A stretch of 38,083 nt of DNA, taken from NCBI GenBank assembly GCA_945893125.1, contig CAMDDY010000002.1, positions 1 to 38,083 of the forward strand, in the 5' to 3' direction. This document shows, piece by piece, positions 36,160 to 38,083 of the stretch (the stretch's first letter is position 1; each line of letters starts with the position of its first letter). The notes beneath the pieces were generated by a model, which was given only the letters and a program-made list of their open reading frames with translations, was not told where the DNA came from and made no database searches. Origin of the DNA: Bordetella parapertussis. Lineage in GTDB: Bacteria > Pseudomonadota > Gammaproteobacteria > Burkholderiales > SG8-41. The translations under genes were made by a program, and so were the position numbers.

Positions 36160-37332
36160 TCATTTCAACGCCCCCAGCAAGCGCCGCGCAATCAACGTGC
36201 GTAACACCTGCGTGGTGCCGCCGCGGATGGTCGCCACCGGCGCGCTGACAATGCTCTCGGCGAGATAACGTTCAAACGTATCCGTTGCATCCAGCGTCGG
36301 CTCCACCGCCACCAGCAAACGCGCGGCGTCGATAATCTCACGCTCGTAAAACGTGCCCATGTCTTTTACCAGCGCGGCCTCGGTGGCAAGATCCACCGTG
36401 CTGCCCGATGACGGATCCAGCGCCAGCGCAATCGCCAACGACATGCGGCGCAGCGTCCACAACCGCGCGGTGAGGCGGCCCACGATCTCGTGCGCGCGCG
36501 TATCATCGCGCTTGCCAAGTCGTCGAATGAGTTCCACCAGCAGTGGAAACGTCGTCATAAACCGCTCCGGCCCGCTGCGCTCCAGCGCCAGCTCGGAGGT
36601 AATCTGCTTCCAGCCCTGACCGGCCTCGCCCACCACGTGCGTGTCGGGTACGAACACGTTGTCGAGAAACACTTCGTTGAAATGGTGATCGCCGCTCATG
36701 AACCGAATCGAGCGCACCGTTACCCCCGGCGAGGTTTTGAGTTCAACAATCAGTTGCGACAATCCCGCATGGCGATCATCGGTCAGCGGCGCGGTGCGGC
36801 ACAACACAAAAAACGCATCCGCCTTGTGCGCCCAGCTGGTCCACACTTTTTGCCCGGTAACGCGCCAGCCGCCCTCGACCTTTTCCGCGCGGGTACGCAC
36901 CGACGCCAGATCAGAGCCCGAACCCGGCTCGCTCATGCCCAGCGCAAACGCCATTTCGCCGCGCGTGATCGCGGGCAAATATTTTTGCTTGAGAAACTCG
37001 CTGCCGTAACGCAGCAAGCTCGGCCCCGTCTGCCGGTCGCCAAACCAGTGCGCCGCGCACGGCGCCGCGACCGCGAGCATTTCTTCCGTCATCACAAAAC
37101 GTTCGAGATACGAGCGCTCCTGCCCGCCGTACTGTTTGGGCCACGTCAGCCCGATCCAGCCGCGCGCGGCAACTTTTTGGGTGAAGTCGATATCGAATTC
37201 GGTGTGGCCCAGATGCGGCACAAAACTGCCCGCAGCGATTTCCTCGCGCAAAAACGCGCGCACTTCGTCGCGCAGCTTCAGCGCGGCGGACGGCAATTCG
37301 AGCGCGGAGAAATCGATGTTTTCGAAAAACAT
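36160..37332 (-). CDS. acyl-CoA dehydrogenase family protein (upstream member of tandem pair)
   Basis: ATG at 37332, 390 aa, with the ACAD N, middle (beta) and C domains (LTWPKQYGG, ALGMSEPGSGSDLAS, WKQITSELALER). The C-terminal IRGGTTQVLR replaces the canonical I-Y-E-G-T motif. Confidence 0.9.
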   Translation of the reverse strand: MFFENIDFSALELPSAALKLRDEVRAFLREEIAAGSFVPHLGHTEFDIDFTQKVAARGWIGLTWPKQYGGQERSYLERFVMTEEMLAVAAPCAAHWFGDRQTGPSLLRYGSEFLKQKYLPAITRGEMAFALGMSEPGSGSDLASVRTRAEKVEGGWRVTGQKVWTSWAHKADAFFVLCRTAPLTDDRHAGLSQLIVELKTSPGVTVRSIRFMSGDHHFNEVFLDNVFVPDTHVVGEAGQGWKQITSELALERSGPERFMTTFPLLVELIRRLGKRDDTRAHEIVGRLTARLWTLRRMSLAIALALDPSSGSTVDLATEAALVKDMGTFYEREIIDAARLLVAVEPTLDATDTFERYLAESIVSAPVATIRGGTTQVLRTLIARRLLGALK

Positions 37333-37369
37333 ATCGGTTAGCAGCCTGAACTCGTTTGTGAAACGCGTT

Positions 37370-37717
37370 CTAGTCGATGGGAATAAAAAGACTGCGCCGC
37401 AACTCGCCCAGCCCCTGCGACACATGCCCCTTGCCGGCGGTGTCCTCCACCAGAAGCACTTCACCGGTACCGATGATCCGGCTTTCGCCGTCGCTGGCGG
37501 TGATCTTGACGCCGGATTCGAGATTCACGATGTATTGGCGGCGCGGCGCCGTGTGCCAATCGACCGTGTTCTCGGCCTTGGTCTCGCGGAAGATGATGCC
37601 GTTCGCGGGTAAACGTTTCGAGAGCCGGCTGCCCCGCCGCTCTTCGGCCCATTCGACTTCGATGTCGCGAAAGTGCGATTCACCGTTGGCATCGGTGTAC
37701 AGGTTATGAATACGCAT
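37370..37717 (-). CDS. small cupin-like protein
   Basis: 115 aa, beta-rich (WHTAPRRQYIVNLESG...GEVLLVEDTAGKGH), typical of small cupin-fold proteins found next to ACAD and Bug genes. Confidence 0.65.
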   Translation of the reverse strand: MRIHNLYTDANGESHFRDIEVEWAEERRGSRLSKRLPANGIIFRETKAENTVDWHTAPRRQYIVNLESGVKITASDGESRIIGTGEVLLVEDTAGKGHVSQGLGELRRSLFIPID

Positions 37718-37762
37718 GATGGCTCCCTGGATTATTGTGACAATCTTTTGCTCGCGCGTGGG

Positions 37763-38083
37763 TTATAGCTTGGGCAAATTCGCCGCCTGAACCACCCGGG
37801 TGTAAAGCGCAATCTCCGAGCCGATAAATTTCGCAAACGCTTCCGGCGTGCCGCCTTGCGGCTCCAGGCCCTCGACCTGATAGCGATCACGAATTTCCTT
37901 GCTGGCAAGCACTTTGCCGGTTTCGCTGTTGAGCTTCACGATGATGTCACGCGGGGTTTTGGCGGGCGCCATGAAGCCGAACCAGGTGGAGGCTTCGTAA
38001 CCCTTGAGACCCTGCTCGTCGAAGGTGGGCACGTCGGGTATCGCCGCAAAACGCTTGGGGCTGCCGATGGCCACCGAGCGTAC
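37763..38083 (-). CDS. Bug/TctC-family solute-binding protein, C-terminal part (gene runs off window end)
   Basis: The reading frame stays open to 38083. IPDVPTFDEQGLKGYEASTWFGFMAPAKTP and FAKFIGSEIALY are typical of the Bug C-terminal lobe. Confidence 0.85.
   Translation of the reverse strand, partial: VRSVAIGSPKRFAAIPDVPTFDEQGLKGYEASTWFGFMAPAKTPRDIIVKLNSETGKVLASKEIRDRYQVEGLEPQGGTPEAFAKFIGSEIALYTRVVQAANLPKL

Noticed and set aside
19081-38083. The right half of the window as a horizontally acquired genomic island
   Set aside because: No integrase, tRNA target, flanking direct repeats or obvious composition shift. The genes look like ordinary betaproteobacterial catabolic clusters. The only mobile-element gene is the IS30 fragment at the opposite end.

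Overview
GC-rich chromosomal segment, most likely betaproteobacterial, judging by the leuS-lptE-holA string, a Pseudomonas-type thrB and five Bug/TctC-family binding proteins. Gene content: (1) 1-195: the first 14 codons of an IS30-type transposase leaving the window, then an AT-richer spacer. (2) 0.2-14.2 kb, housekeeping: DUF2782-like secreted protein, thrB, a membrane protein, uvrD preceded by a FecR-SPOR protein, leuS, lptE, holA, a signal-peptide-bearing minimal ATP-dependent DNA ligase (Lig E type), proA, and an E3 dihydrolipoyl dehydrogenase with a fused lipoyl domain. (3) 14.3-18.6 kb: an apparent operon of hybrid histidine kinase, family III CoA-transferase, CMD-family protein and single-domain receiver. 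(4) 18.6-19.0 kb: a pair of tiny, translationally coupled ORFs on the minus strand. (5) 19-38 kb, catabolic or accessory-type genes: ChaN lipoprotein, two GSTs, HD-domain protein, three cupins, an alpha/beta hydrolase with a Cys nucleophile, SDR, GFA, an enolase-superfamily enzyme, two DMT exporters, enoyl-CoA hydratase, a uronate-dehydrogenase-like enzyme with a histone-like basic tail, two tandem acyl-CoA dehydrogenases, and Bug binding proteins with no TctA/TctB partner. Non-coding DNA is dominated by six large intergenic palindromic REP/REPIN/MITE-like elements of several sequence types. Three secreted proteins carry in-frame short tandem repeats in their signal peptides. I recognised no rRNA, tRNA, CRISPR array, integrase or prophage genes. 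I do not see a clear-cut new multi-gene defence-type system. The most unusual items are the kinase/CoA-transferase/CMD/receiver operon, the coupled mini-ORF pair, the periplasmic ligase inserted in a conserved housekeeping string, the basic-tailed dehydrogenase and the hairpin-element population. All family calls come from motif recognition by eye; no searches were run.
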